Part shown: piece after piece, positions 46,761 to 61,999 of the stretch
How positions within the stretch are numbered: position 1 is the first letter of the stretch
Layout: every line of letters begins with the position of its first letter
DNA from: Tubulanus polymorphus
Taxonomy: Eukaryota > Animalia > Nemertea
Length of the DNA stretch: 64,000 nt
Direction: 5' to 3'
Assembly: GCF_964204645.1 (NCBI RefSeq)
Contig: NC_134031.1
Location: forward strand, 10,230,001 to 10,294,000
Program-made: the position numbers and the translations under genes
Notes under the pieces: model-generated
Databases searched by the model: none
Seen by the model: only the letters and a program-made list of their open reading frames with translations
What the model was told of the DNA's origin: nothing

Positions 46761-49160
46761 TGTTACCCAGTTGTGTTACCCAGTTATTGTATAGTTATTG
46801 TATGTACAGTGTCTATTGGTATTCTGACTTCAGTCTGTTCAGTGTGAATCATTCAGTGTTTATACTTGACTTACCCCTATAATCTGTACCTATATAAATA
46901 TCTGTTTACTGACCACAGTCAGTCCCAGCCCCAGTAATTTAATAAATGTACGTACGTTGTAATATTATACGTCTGGTGTCGTTTTATGGGTGTAGTTCGA
47001 CCCTGGAGCTTGGATCCGAAAAGGAATTTGGTATTTCGGCCCTGGAGTTTCATCCGTAACGGAAATTGGGGGGCTCGTCCGGGAGCCACGGACTTTGAAG
47101 ATGACTTTTTGCACAATTTGACGTGTTTGTGGCAGAACCAATGAAACGAGGAAAAGTTTTTGCAGTACTTCTGTTGTTATCTGTGCTGTTTTATAAAGTT
47201 ACTGTACCGTTTCATATTTGGTATCGTTTTGGGCTCGTAGGTATGTTGCCCTCTGTGGAATCGTTTATAGATTCGCCAAGTAGCGAACAAATTGAGACTT
47301 TACGTAAAAGTGAATTAGTTCAGCTTGCTGAGCATTATAACGTCTCATTTAGAAAATCACAGAAAAAGCAACATATTAAACTCTGTATTATAGAACATTT
47401 TGTCAAATCTGGTCTTTTAAGCGAAGTTGAAATGCAGCAGGCGATTCCTGATAAGACAGAAAATGAGGCCGGAGAAACGGAAGCTACTTTAATTCGTAGA
47501 ATGGAGCTCGAGTTCGAAGCGAAGGAACGAGAACGCAAACACCAATAAGAAATCAAACGTCTTGAGAGTGAACATCAGCTGCACTTTTTGGAGTTGGAGT
47601 CACGTGTTCCGCAAGGCTTTCCGGCACATAGGAATGAGTTCGATGTCACTCGTCACATACGTCTAGTTCCGAAATTTCAAGAAGCTGAAATGGTTAAGTA
47701 CTTTTTACATTTTGAGAAAGTAGCCAATAATCTTAAGTGGCCTAGAGAGTGTTGGACATTGCTACTCCAAAGTGTTTTGATTGGAAAAGCTCAAGAAGCA
47801 TATTCATCTCTCTATGCCGAAGCAAGTGCTGACTATGATATAGTTAAGACTGCTATATTAAACGCTTACGAACTTGTACCGGAAGCTTATAGACAGAAGT
47901 TTCGTAATCGAAAAAAATCTCCCAATGAAACATATATTGAATTTGCCAGAGAAAAAGAAACGTCATTTAGTCGTTGAGAGTGATTCAAAAAATGTAAAAG
48001 ACTATGATTCTTTAAAACAATTAGTAGAGGAATTTAAACAATGTATTAGTAGTGATATTAGAACATATGTCGATGAACAGAAAATAGATAGTTTGTCAAA
48101 AGCTGCCAGCTCTGCTGATGATTATGCTCTGACAAACAAAATCAGCTTTGAGTCAAGTTCTGCTAGTAATTTTCCGGCTTCGGATTCTCGAAATGTGTCA
48201 AAATTTCAAAGAAATTTCAATAATCCTAGTAATACGCAAAATTGGACTCAGGGTAGAAGAAATAAAGGTATTTGGTGTAATTACTGTAAAATATCCGGTC
48301 ATACTCTAAGTACATGTTTTTCTCTTCAGAAAAAGAATGAGAGGGGTGAGAACCAGAGGTCAGAGACAAAACCGATCGGTCTTACAGCAACTCAACGCAT
48401 TGAATCCAACCCTGCAGTTCAACGACTGTATAGCAAGAGTTATAATCCATTCATAGTAGACGCTTTATTGTCATTCGAAAGTACCGATGAACCAGTGAGT
48501 ATTAAATTACTTCGCGATACGGGTGCCTCTCAAACTTTAATGTTGGAGAGTATTTTACCGTTATCTGGTAGTACTTTATCGGTGAACATGTTCTCATTAG
48601 AGGAGTAGGTTCAGAAATTATCAAAGTTCCACTCCACAGAGTTTATCTGGATTCTGATTTAGTTCGCGGTTCTGTAGTTGTGGGCGTTCAGTCGTCACTA
48701 CCTATTTTGGGTGTATCTATGCTCCTCGGTAATGACTTGGCTGGTGGTAGAGTACACGTTAACCCTTCAGTCACTACAGATCCTCTACTTAATGTAGATA
48801 CTGAAAGTTTAGAGAAAACATAACCTGGAATTTTCCCATCATGTGTAACTACTAGGGCTATGTCACGATGTGCTGATAAGATAATGGGATCTAAGCCCTA
48901 TTTAGAAAACAAAGAGTTTTCTATTGAAATGGTAGATTTAAGTGATTCGTTTCTTGGTCGAATTTTTGACGAAACGCCTACCGGTTTCATTTCATCTAAT
49001 AAATATGTATCATCAAGGTCAAACCTTATTGATTTGCAGAATGTCGAACCAGAGTTCAAAACATTTTTAAATTCTGCTTCCGATTCAATTGAATCATTAA
49101 CTGATACTACTTCTGGATATTATTTTCAGTCTGGAGTGTTGATGCGTAAATGGCAAAAGA
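46761..49160 (+). mobile_element. Gypsy/Ty3 LTR retrotransposon, 5' portion only (LTR, PBS, gag, protease)
   Basis: LTR TGTTAC...GTAAC(G) at about 46761-47061; gag with LVPKF, YELVPEAYRQKFR and the zinc knuckle CNYCKISGHTLSTC; protease LRDTGASQ; disrupted, with no RT. Confidence 0.88.
47067..47084 (+). promoter_or_regulatory. Primer-binding site complementary to the tRNA-Pro 3' end
   Basis: TGGGGGGCTCGTCCGGGA directly after the LTR (one extra G relative to the tRNA-Pro complement). Confidence 0.85.
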
Positions 49161-51437
49161 CTTTTTTTACTTCAAGCATTTCGTGATTTAGTTGTGTTGT
49201 ACTTTAGAAGTAGCCTTCTCCACTCGGTCCCGAAAATAAAGCAGCTCATCATCCAGATATCATCTTCAGCCTTATACTTGTGTTATTATTTAAGATCTTT
49301 ATAATCCTTATACTTATTTGAGGGTGTTATACTACACCTTGCCTTATGGAGATCAACAATTTAGTTTCGCTCAACAATATCGTCATATTTCAAACCTATA
49401 TCTGATGCACTGTATAATTCAGCATGACTATATAGATGGCGGTAAGGATTATTTTGATACATGCTGAGGAATATATATTGGTAATCTATTAATGGTTAAT
49501 GGTATTTTAATAATGGTATGGTATGGTATGGTATGGTTCAGATTGATATTTTTGAAAACTAACTGTGATTTCTGTTTTCAGCTTGTTATACCAGAACGAT
49601 TTATTGATGTGTTGATACCATGATTTGTTAGTATCATCACACCAGGGTGTGGTATGAACTTTTATTACTTCACTTATGAGTAAGTTGTATAGAAATGCCA
49701 GATTTAAAAAACATTCTACATCAGGGACATATTTGAATATTGTAGGGACTGCCAGGGACATCTTGTAAAAGTCATTTCCAGAAAATATCCAGTCACATTT
49801 TCAGGGGCATTTACGAGAATAAAAACTACTGAATTTTACAGTGAAACATTGTCATGACGGTCCGAGATATTAGAATATATCGTTTTTTTACACAACTTGA
49901 ATTCCGTTTCATAAGCTGCTTGGCTTTGATTGACATGCCAGATTGCCCCCAGCTGCTCTACGAGCAATTATCCCAAAAAGATATATCGTTATAAGCTGAA
50001 AATTACTTATGTTGGGCCATGAAAATTTTTCATTTTGTAATTTGTATCAATTGATAAATGAGTTGTTGGTACAATTTTAAGGGCTTCTCGCTTTATCTAT
50101 GTGTGTGGAATGTTGCACGGTGAACTCCGAACACCAGGCGGATAGCCGATCAGCAATTAGCGCTCGGCAAGTTTGATTGACAGCGTTACTGATTGTTTCT
50201 ATGGGAGGCCGAGCTCTACTCTAGTATCGCGCGCAAGCGCACGAATGTATTTTGTTTGAAATAAAATTCATGATTGCCAGAAATATTTTAAGGAAATACC
50301 CGTTTGTATTAATGCCGATATCGGATTCTGCAACATAATAATACAGATTACAGAAAAAAATCTAGACGTAACCGAATTCAAAATTCCTGGATAAATGGTG
50401 TTAAAAACTAGACTATCGTCGGTTTTTATGCTCCTACATTTTCTACAAATAGGGCCTTGGAATGATATTATTATACAACCTGACCGAATAATACAATTAA
50501 AGATCAAAAAGTAAGTCATCAGCTTTTATTTTGATGAGTCTTACCAAAATGATCGGCGGTATAGTGACAGGGCCATCCCAATATTATTGTCTGTTTGCCG
50601 TAACACCGACTCAAGTTCTCAGGATGAGTCGGTAGGTAGGTAGAAATGCTATTTTTGCAAAGTTTTAGGGCAAAAATGGAAACAATATCAAAAATCTGCG
50701 TTGTGCCCGGAAAATTTGTCTATAGCCTTTATTTCATGAATAATTTTAAAATTCGAACTTCGTGTCTGGAGCTTCATCTTTGTGTTCAAAATAAAACAGT
50801 ACATTGGATATATGCGCGCTATGCGCACATAACCAGCTTAAATATAGCCACTAAGAATGAATGGCAGCTTATTGGAAGACTGCCGTTTTCCTGGAAAACT
50901 CTAAACTAGGCCACACTCAAGGCATGTTTTCACATGATGCACACTTGATTTCAAACATACGTAGCTCATACATCGGTAGTGAATGAGGCAATTCTCTCCA
51001 GGATTTTTATGGGTTCTTCATAAAATGTAAACTCTCGCCGGGATTTAAGGACTAAATGAAATTTCCGTGACAATTTGCAGCTCCCCGGTACAGCGGGACA
51101 AAATTTCAAGTAATGTTCAATAGAAGAAAAGATATTGGACATACAGGCAATGAATGCGATACTCCAAGAGGTGATAAACTGTAAAAACAGAAATATTCAG
51201 AGTTTATTTCAAGAAGTTTATTATTTACATCTCTGTATTTGATCTTCAAACACAAAATACAATTACATCAAAAAACATGATTATCTGAAGCGATGAACTA
51301 GAATCTCAGATGTGACTTGTTTTTTACCATATACCTGCAATGTAGTGAATGAAAATAATAAATGAATCAATAATCAAGGGACACCTTGGTCACTGGAATC
51401 GTAGGCAAGGGTGTTAGAGTGAGAACAAATTCAGAGT

Positions 51438-52128
51438 AGACAAGGCACTATCCAAAAAATGCAGTTCCCTTTAAGAGCCCGGAAATAAAAAATATAAAAC
51501 AGCTCTTGATGACCTTGACCTTTGACCTACAAGACCCAAAATGTAATCAGTTACTCAAGATATTTTGAATAACCCATCCAAAAAATCTCACTTGATTATC
51601 TTAAACCGTCTATGAGATAGAGCCTAGAAATGAAAAATACATAACAGCTTCTAGTAACCTTGTCCTTTGACCAACAGCACCCGAAATCTAATCAGTTACC
51701 CACGGTCCCTAGGATAACCCATCCATAGAATTTCAATAAGTTATCTTAAACTGTTTACGAGTTAGAGCCCGGAAATGAAATTCACAAAACGGCTTCCTGC
51801 GACCTTAACCTTGGACCTACAGGACCCGAAATCTAATCAGTTACCCACGGTACCTAGGATAACCAATCCATAGAATTTCATTAAGTTATCTTAAACTGTT
51901 TATGAGTTAGAGCCGGGAAATTAAATTTACAAAATGGCTTCCTGTGACCTTGACCTAAGACCTACAGGACCCAAAATCTAATCAGTAACTAACCTCATAT
52001 AGTAAAACACAACTGTTGAATTGGAAGAAAATCTGTCAAAGGGTTTAAGTGCTAGGGCATGGAAACCACTGCAGACGGACAACAAAGTGAATACAGTATG
52101 CTCCCACAACTCGCGTTGTGGGGGCATA
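51438..52128 (+). mobile_element. Helentron-associated non-autonomous element with 4 x ~145-bp internal repeat
   Basis: A TGACCTTGACC...AATCAGTTAC unit recurs at about 145-bp spacing; 3' hairpin CCCACAAC-TCGC-GTTGTGGG. Confidence 0.7.
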
Positions 52129-52489
52129 GAGATAATGTGTCAGCATTTATCTCTGTCACAGATGCAGTTAACCTCACCAAACCTGGGAGTTTAGGTACAT
52201 ACATATACAGACCATAAAAATCTACAAAATTATCTATAGCATCCAGGCAGCGAGAAAGTATAACACCATTATAATGATTATCCCTCAAGCTACTATGTTG
52301 AATGATGGTACATAGCTTGGTATATAGCTTGGTTTATTCTAGGCGCTTTCAACATGTTAAAAATTACTTGATATAGTACAAAATTATGGTACTCTTGTAA
52401 ACCGATCAACGTATTTCCCTTAAACTTTGTGTGTATGAACCGATATATACGATCCAGTGAAGGGAAGCAGACTGAAGTGAAGGCTAAAA

Positions 52490-55400
52490 TTACAATTTTT
52501 GAAACATTTGAAACTTCCGAGTAGTACTTACCCTTTCCTATGGTTCGTGCCAATATTTTCTAAATTTGGATTGATCGCCAATGGTTTTTCTATACGTATT
52601 GCGGTATTGCATTTAGCCACCGGTGAAATCGGCCATCTTTCTACACCATAGCAGACCCAAGAATGCAGCTATGCGGGACAGGTGGGCGGGACACCCACCA
52701 TAGGAAAGGGAAAGTACTACTCAGAAATACATATTTTAGTTTCAAAAATTGTAATATACTGTCGAGTACTGTACCCTTTCCTATGGTTTTTGCTAGAAGC
52801 CTAGCTCAAGGATGGTGGGAAAGGTTGATAGAAAAACCACTGCTCAATCGCAAGGTAAGAGGGAAAAAGGAGAACACTTACCCAAGCACAGAATGGCTCA
52901 CTGTAGCACAAGGAAAACCGGTTTGGCCACACTGAGTCCGTCCAGCTCAGCCCCCCCCGAATTTTGCAAAATTAATACTTGCGAACATGAACTCAAACTA
53001 TGTAAACGGATACACCACACCTGATCCCAACAGTGCAAACATAAAAATTATACGCTAAAGAGTCTGATCGAAAAGAATGAACACCTCGAGCTATAACAAC
53101 AGGACCGAGCGATATTAATGAGCCTAACTGGCCTGAAACATCCTGTCAATAAAAGTACGTGAATGTCAATGGAGAATTCTAAAAGGCAGCCCGATAGAAA
53201 TCTTCCAACGAAGCACCTGAAAAGGCTGCCCAGGAAGTAGCCATAGACCTCACCTGATGAGAAACAACTCCCTCCGAAGAAAGATTCCCCTTTACTAAAA
53301 TGTCCTTGATTAGTGAAGAGTCCCGACTGTGTCCCGAGAAATATCAGGTGATCCAGCAGTGGAATAAATAACCACTCGCGTGGACCCCTCCGTGGTGCAG
53401 AGCGATATAAACAAAAATGATAATGCCAAAGACCTGCTTCAATTCACCATTGACGACCGACCGAGGCTGGTCGTTGGTTCTTTCCAAAAATTCCAAAGCA
53501 GGCCACAGCGAAACCAATTCCATTGCTGGCCTGAAGACAATATGACCTCGTCGAACTGAAAGTGCATGTATTTCAGAATTACGGGCGGAGCAAGCCAAGA
53601 ACAGCAGAATACTATCTTTTTTTGACAAATTCGCAAAGGACGCTGCGTGAAGAGGTTCAAATGGAGCCTCCATTAACTTCTTCAAAATTACGGACAGGAA
53701 ACAGAAAACCCTGGAACAAGCTGGGATATCCAATGATCAGCTGTTAAGTATGGCCGTCTAGAGGCATGCAATATATGGGAAATCGCGAGACGGTAACCTT
53801 TGATAGTTACAACCTGCAGGCCTTTTACTATAAATAGAAGCAGTATTGAGCATGAGCATGGATCAATTTCCCTTGTAGCACACCAATCTGCAAAATAACC
53901 CCATTTGGTGTAGTAAATGGTACTAGTCGATGGCCGCTTAGATCCTGCGATATAAAAGACAGCCTGTTCTGAAAACCCTGAAGCCGACAAGTAGAGATTT
54001 CTGGACAATGGCCAGGTGAGCAGATTTGGCCACTGGCTGTTCAGATGATGCTGAAAATTCCCCCGAGACATACTCATCACGTTTCCCCGACCAGTCCAGA
54101 GAGAAGGCATCGGTCCCACGCTTCCGCGTCTGGAAACGCGGAAACGAACAGTGGACACCTCCGATTAAACCAGGTGGCAAACAGATACAGCTGCGGATTG
54201 CCGAACATGTCTCGAACATCTTGATCGAGAAGGAGCATCGGAAATCACACGGACATCACGATCCTTTTCCCTGCTAAATGTACCACAGTCTTGTCTGGCA
54301 CCAAATTTTGGCCGAGAGATCCGTGAGGGTTTCTGAGTGAGTGCCCCCTCGATTCTGAAGGTAAGCCCGCACTGTTGAATTGTCCGTGGCTAACCAAACG
54401 TGGTGGCACTCCACTCTCCTGTGAAAGAACTTCAGAGCCTTTCACACTGCCAGCAGTTCCAGGAAATTTATGTGGTTGGTGGTATCGTAGCGAGAACACC
54501 TCCACCCTTGGTAGCGTCCCCACCCTTGGTAGCTGGAATTCGTGAATACACGAACTAGAGCCTCTAACGGGGCCAGTGAGACCCTGCGATGAAGATTCAT
54601 AGTTGTCGCCCACCAACGAAATTCTGGACTGAGATCCGTTGGAAGAACGGGTAACAAGGTCTCCCAGTTGCCCTTTGACTGAGACCAGAAGACCTTTCAA
54701 CGCTGTTGCAAGCACCTAAGGGCACCACCAGACACATGTAGCTGATGGAGCCTAGAAGCCTTGACGAGTAACGAGCTGTTCTCGGGGCTGTGGAAACTCC
54801 CGATACGGCTTCTTGAAATTTGGCTACTCGAGCCATGGACGGAAAGACCTTGCTGAATCAGAGATCGAAGTCCATGCCGAGATACGCGAACTGTTGAGCC
54901 GTGGTCAACTGAGATTTTTACCTGTCTATGCAATGCCCAGCTGGTGAACTAAGTCTAAGACTGAGGTTATTGCCTCCCGTCATTCTTGAGCTGAGTTTGC
55001 GACTTCTAACCAGTAGTTGAGGTAAACAACAGTCGAACACCCCTGGACTGCAGTACCTTCTGAACGGACTTGTCTAACTTTGAGAGAACCCCTGGGGCAA
55101 TACTGAGGCCAAATGGAAGAGACCTAAACTGGAACTGGCGGCCTTTCCACTTAATCCTGAAATCACCGTGATTTTTGGTGAATTGGAACCTGAAAATAAC
55201 CTTTCAGGTCCAAAGAAGCTGCCCATTGAACTGGACGGAGCCCTAGAATCATGTCCCTGGGTTTGGTCATTCGGAACCTTGCAATGTCCAGGTGCCAATT
55301 GAGGGACGACAGATCTATTCACCATCCATTGACCACCTGTGGCCATTGGTACCATGAATATTCGAGAAAACCAGTTGAAGTTTCGTTGCAAACTGGTTCT

Positions 55401-56908
55401 ATCGCTCCCTTCCCAGCTAATTTTTCGAGAGCAATAGAGATTAAGGCCTCCTAACCTGCTTTTGGTGTCAGGCGCGGTTGCCTTAAGAAATGGAGACGAA
55501 AAAGGTTGGACCAGTTAGTAGCTGCCTGTTGCAGACAACCTCCCACAAGTCCCGATGATTCATTTCAAATTTTTCCAAAAGAGAACTTTTTTGGAGCCTT
55601 CCCCTTGCCCCTATACGAACTGGAAAAGTTATGACCGGATGGGGCTTGACGCGATTTTTGGAGTTGTGCGCTCATTCCCCGACTGGCATCTGTAGCCACC
55701 CAAGAAAGTGTCGAAGCTTGAGTTGGTCCTGTTTGAGTCTGTGCCGAAGCTTGCGTCGCCGGAGCTAGACCAGAACGCTTCTTTCATGGTGGACTTGGTT
55801 TTGACCTCCCGAATCTTCCTCAGTTCAGCGAAACAGGAGCGCACCAACCGGAGAAGAGACGCGAAGAAGTGCCTAATGGAGCTCTCAACAATGAATTAGA
55901 TACCATATCCAGTAGACTAGCTTTGGAACTGGAGTCCATAACTGACTGGCAGGAGGCTAACACAAGAATCGTCTTCGCTATCCGATGTCGACGCTGCCAA
56001 CAAACGATGAGGCGACTGACAGCAAATCTTCCAACAATATCGAACGTAATCCCTCCCGCGATATTGATCTGCGTGAAGGATACCTTGCGCGCTTACTACG
56101 ATAACAGCATCTCGTGGGAGAGCGACCTCTACCCCCAGAGCGACGATAACTATGTTTTGAATTCAAAATGTCAGAATCCAACCAACCACACTCCTAGTTC
56201 GAACGGGAAGTTCGGAAGCGAGTGATGTCTGGACCGGACCGGAGCTCGGCATGGGCCGGACCAGTGCCAGCCGGACCTGTTGTCTTGTGCAGGTATTTCA
56301 ACTGTCGCGCGCGCTCGGTTCAGAACCTGTAGTCAGAAACTGAACCGGCTGAACCGACTGAAACAGTGATTATTAACGCAAAGATGTTCTTTGTAGTTTT
56401 CGAGACTTATCAGCCCGAATCCATAGGTCGTCCGACCAACCCTCGCAATTCCTGCAAGGATTAACCTTGGAACAATCTTGACCTGATTTTAGCCTACAAG
56501 TCGTCCCAGGCTCCAAACAGATGACCACATCCCTTCCCACCATGATGATGACCTTTAGGAGCGGCATTATTGCATTCAATTAATTTATCAATTGATTATA
56601 AATTAAATTAAAATTAATTATTCAGATATACATAGAGACAAGGGACAGTCCCCAAAAGGAACGGACTCACCATTACGAGAGCGAAAAGTCTCTCGACTTC
56701 CTAAATCCCTTGAATTCAATAAATTTTTGACAAAAAATCCAAGCGCATTTCACTGCAAGAACGCCAAGAAAAAAGATAGCAGATTTCACCGGTGGCGAAA
56801 TGCAATACTACAGGGCCGTGTCACACAGAAAAATCATTGCCAATTAATCCAAATTTAGAAAATTTTGGCAAAAACCATAGGGTAGGGTACAGTACTCAAC
56901 AGATATAC
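52490..56908 (-). mobile_element. DIRS1-type tyrosine-recombinase retrotransposon (decayed, both ends present)
   Basis: Inverted terminal repeats at 52520-52640 and 56770-56908; ICR at 52698-52793. Remnants of RT (FSRIFMVP), RNase H (HINFLELLAV), DAFSLDWS, YR (ARNSEIHALS, HQVRSMATSWA) and a Cys-rich ORF1. Confidence 0.88.
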
Positions 56909-57655
56909 CACAAGCATATTATGAACAAGATATCCACCGATCTTTATATCTCGGGCGCAGTAATTCAAATGAACAAATTGTGGGACCATTGAGACGTTGG
57001 ATTAATGAGATGTGGGACCAATGGGATGTGGAATGAATTGTGAGGCTAATGGGTATCATCAGTACACTATGTTATCAATAATTACTTCGTAAGATAAACG
57101 CTAAACTGAATGAAAATCTAACAGCAATCTAATGTCAATCAGGGCGGCGCCGGGTGTGGGCCAATATGTTTATGCTTGCGCATGTCAATGATGTAGCCTA
57201 TTGATTGAATCTCCAATTTTTGCATAATAAAATTGTTGTGGGGAGAGGGAATCAATATGATGGCTATCAAATTAAAAATAAACATATAATAAGACTGTCC
57301 AATGACTGGGAAATAAGAAAGTAAATCCTACAAAATGGCACACGAATATTCAAGCAGATTAATTCACTGGTTTGTCTGCGTCGTATAAGCGAACATGCCC
57401 TAACATTGATTGGCTGCGGGAGATTAGCCAATTGCAGGGAGCAATTATTTTACATCAATTTAACGATGTACAACGGCCTTCTAGACGTTTCATGAAACAA
57501 AAAGCCCTTTGGAATTTTCTTAAAAACTGCCACAAATTCGTCGATTTCTCTTAAAGTAAATGCAATATTCAAAACTCAATTTCCAACAGATTTAAGCCGC
57601 ATGATCGAACTACATTTTGCACATAAATGTAGTGGATTGCATGACTTCGTGTTAA

Positions 57656-58209
57656 CCCTTTCAGTACTATGGACGTGCTATGCACGCTTCTACCATGTCA
57701 CTTTGTGTCCGGCTGACGTGCAGAGCACGCACATTAGCTATTCTTTTCAAATTGACTGCAGCACAACAGCATTCGTTTTGTTTTGATTTGTCAGCACTTT
57801 ACAAAAAAACAATTTCAAAAATTGAATTGCAAATCGTCAAAATCTTGTAGATTGCTCATGGGCATTGCTCAGTGGTAAAATCTAAATAATAACCAAAAAT
57901 TTGAAACTTTTTTATTCTTGCTTTTTTTGTTCCATAATATCACCCGTTACCGTACAGTGCTGCCATCTCTCCATAATCATTTTATTGGTTTTTATTTTTG
58001 ATATCTAGTGATTTTTTTCAGACAATCAGCCATATGTATCAAAATGGCCACTATGGGATGCCTAATGTCAACATTATGAAAATATATATTCACAATTAGT
58101 TTTATGCATTTCATATGTAAAAAATAGATCAATTGGAGTTATCAAAAAAAATTAAACTTTGACAAAAAGGCTCAGCACAGGGCAAAAATAGGCCTCAGCA
58201 GCGAAATGG
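57656..58209. mobile_element. piggyBac-like non-autonomous element
   Basis: TTAA-CCCTTTCAGTACT ... AGCAGCGAAATGG-TTAA; degenerate TIR. Confidence 0.45.
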
Positions 58210-58504
58210 TTAAAGTTACAACCTCATTTGTAAGCAAAAATTCGATTTTTAGATCCATCACAACATCTCGGGCTTTGCTCGAGATAATAATGCTTGAAAT
58301 ACCGCGGTAAGATATTATTTTTATCATAAATTTCTACTTACTTGTCTAGCATTTCCCAGAACTGTTGCAGATTAGCTCTATCCAAATGACGTTTATTTCT
58401 ATCTAACCCTAGGATGTATACATTCCATTTCTTAATATTACTGTCTATTGGAAGATCCTGCCATTTCAAATGAAATGCCCGCACTAGAAATGAAAGAAAT
58501 GTTT

Positions 58505-59810
58505 AACTAGGGGTCCAGGGACACCATGCCTACTTGGAAAGTGGTTTCAAATGCTCAACAATTTAACAATTTCAATATACAACGCCCCCTGGTGACCATA
58601 TACAAAACCAATGACCTTGAATCTCACCACAATCATGGAACATGTCAGCAGCTATTATTTTGTAATTGATTGTGATAACAAAATATGCCTCGTTACCAAT
58701 TCAATATGGAAATACTAAGTTATTCTACTATTCCACGCCCCCTGGTAACCATATGCAAAACCCAATGACCTTACAACTCACCACAATCATAGAACATGTC
58801 ATGAACTACAACTTTGCAATTGATCATAGTAACAAAATATGCCTAGGTACCAATCTAATAAGGAATACTAAGTTATTCTACTATTCAACGCCCCTGGTGA
58901 CCATATAGAATAACAAATGTCCTAAAAACTCGCCACAATCATAGACGATGTCATGAGCTATAACTTTGCAATTGATGTGGTAACAAAATATGCGCAAGTA
59001 CAAATATAATATAGAAATACTTTATAAGATATAAGTTATTGTATTATTCAACGCCCCCTGGTGGCCATATACAAAAATCAATGACCTTGAAACTCACCAA
59101 AATCATAAAACACGTTATGAGCTACAACTTTCCAAATGATCTGAGAAATAAGACTTTAAAGCCGGCTATTTTCACCAGTTTGCCGTACACAGCAGGTGCG
59201 CGTTTGCTGTGAAAAACCCCTGACCGCTGACGTCATTGTAGTCAAACTCACATTTCCACGCACGTTGTACCACTGAAAATTAACAAACTTTTGGCGCTCT
59301 TTATGAATACCAAAGCTATGGCACACTAATAGATCTGATTTAAAACAATGCCTAGTTACCAATATGATATGGAAATACTAAGGAATTCTACTATTGTTCA
59401 ACGCCCCCTGGTGGCCATATACAAAAACCAATGACCTTGAAACTCACCACGATCATAGACCATGTCATGAGCTACAACTTTTTAATTGATTGTGGTAACA
59501 AAATATGCTTAAGTATCAATATAATGTGGGAAAACTTTTTTCCATCTACGAAATGAGTACTGATGACACCAAGATGGCCGCCAATTGCGTCATAATTGCC
59601 TGATCTAATATACCTGTCTCAGGTATAAGAGATCCCTTTCCAAAGAATACCCATCACAAATTGCAATGAAAAATGGCAAACCATTAGAAGCTACAGGAAT
59701 CACAATTCAGGCCAAAATTGACATTTTTGGGCACAAAAAAAGGTCACAGGACAACCATCTTGAGAACGATCGACCCAATTTTTCTCATGCTGATGGGCCC
59801 TTGGCCATAT
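58505..59810 (+). mobile_element. Interspersed element with ~153-bp tandem repeat (same family as 19340-19920 and 63840-64000)
   Basis: An ACGCCCCCTGGTG.CCATAT unit at 58582, 58735, 58888, 59051 and 59401, followed by a unique segment shared with 19620-19920. Confidence 0.8.
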
Positions 59811-61999
59811 TTATTTTCAGATAACAAAATTCTTATCAAAGGATAGGATAGGAGCTAGGCCTAATCATATCAGAAGTTTTGTCTTAGAATATTGGTTGAA
59901 ACGTGTTTTTGAAAAATCTATAATTCCTGCTTCAATGAGTCGAGGTGGTGCATTCTTGGGGTACCGGTATCTGTAAAACAATGCGTAAGATCAATAGAAA
60001 TAAAGTGAAAATTAAATTGCATTGAATTGAATTGCAATCACAGTGTAATACCAGACAAGAGGATTGATATCCTGTCCGTCGGTCCCGTACTAACATCTTG
60101 CTGTAGTAGTAGACAATTTCGGGGCACTAAGGACCAATGACAATCATTATTCATAGAATATCTTACCTTCAATGAGCAGAAATACTGTGGAAATACACGT
60201 GTGAATAAACCAGGAAATGCGGTAGTGCACGGTGTCTAGTGTACGGAGACGCATTGGGGTCATTCACAAATATAATCAAAGAAACCGAAACTTTGATCTG
60301 TTGAAACAAAATGTCAACATTACGATTGAAATATTATAAAATAACATTTAACCTTGATCTCGATTGATTCGAATTTAAAATAAAAATCCACCATTCGGCG
60401 AATTCTGTCCACACTTAAAAATGTTCCTAATAGGCTACCATATTTCTTGGATCTATCCAAGAAACGATAGTTCATAGGTCGAGCCACGTTATTAGAGAGT
60501 TAGGCGAGTCAGACCCCTGCGTTTAGACCGGCCTGGAAGTAAATCTAGGCGTTTTTCCAGCTAAAATTATGTCAAAATGTTTGAACAACACCCAAAACTT
60601 TATAGTACTAGCAGTCCGAGTCTATTTTGATTTCACAGAAACACATGCATACAAAAAGAACGGCAATTTGCTTCGATTTTGGTATATTTTCGATTATTTC
60701 ACAAAAACACGAGTTCAGAATCCTATGAAATTTTCAGATTGTAAAATAGATACTATATGACACCTCTGATAAAAAAAAATCATATCTCAGGACCATCTAG
60801 ATAAAAAGTGTGCCACCCGTTTTACTGAAATTTTTCGCGATAGGCAAATGCATTGGAAACATGACGTCATCAGCTAGTGATAGCAAAAGCGAACCTTAGG
60901 TTCGCTAAAAATGGGCTTGCTGACATGGTTGTACTCAAAACTGGCTTGGTGGTTTTGTATTTCTGTAGAAGAATTAATCGAAATTTGAACTGATTACTTT
61001 TTAAAGAGCTAAGAGATCGGTGTTGTCTCACATCACTACATGAAATGTTACACACGGGGACTGGGAATCGGAATGGTTTTATTGTAGACGTGGACTTTAA
61101 GTGGAAGTTAGGGCAAGCTTTTAGGTAGTTGTTATTTGAATATTGTAGTGTCAATACGGAATCTATCATCATGTTGGTAATTGCTAGATTACTTATCGGA
61201 TTGTGTTGAAATGATTTTGCATAGAGACATTTACAACTGAAAGAAAAAACGAGACTAACTCGAGTGACTTCAGGAGAAAAGAAGCGAACACGAAAATAGA
61301 TAGGAGCCACGATTTTTCTTTTTAAAATAATAAAGAAATTAAGCAAGAATAAGTTGCATTTCCTTCAAATGACAATCCACTACGATCATCCGATCAAGTT
61401 TATTGCCACCATAGACTACCACCCCCTGGTTCTTTGGAGACAGGGAACCAGTCTTCAATTCAGAATTTATTTTACAGGAAAGCGGTTTTCAAGTTTTAGA
61501 TATTTAAACTGAAAAATATAAATGTTCATACAGAGATTTTACAAATAGCCGCTAACGCAGGCACCTAATGAAAGTAAAAGAAAATGAAAAGAATTTTTCA
61601 AAAACGTGAAAGTAAATTTTTTATTGGGATATTTTAATTGTGTCAATAAAGAATGAATTGAATTGTCGACAGCACTATGCTGCGCATGAATACCAATTTC
61701 AAGACTGATCACGCACGTTCAACCAAGGTTGGTATGCGCTGGTGAAATAACAAAAACGATTAAACAAAATCATAAAACAATGAAAACGACAACCGATATG
61801 ACCAATATACGAAAGGAACCGAGATTTTATTACTGCATTAAATGTGTGCAAATATCAGAGCCCAAGAAAGTTTCTAACGAAAGTTATCGACTCCCCAAGC
61901 AAGTTATCAATCTGTGTGATAGCAATATGGGCTTGCAAGCATGCAAGCCCATGAAAATAAATAAATAGAATGAATGTATATGATATTTTCAGTCGCTGG

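Noticed and set aside
60870-61346. 158-aa ORF
   Set aside because: No recognisable motif, non-ATG start and no splice context.
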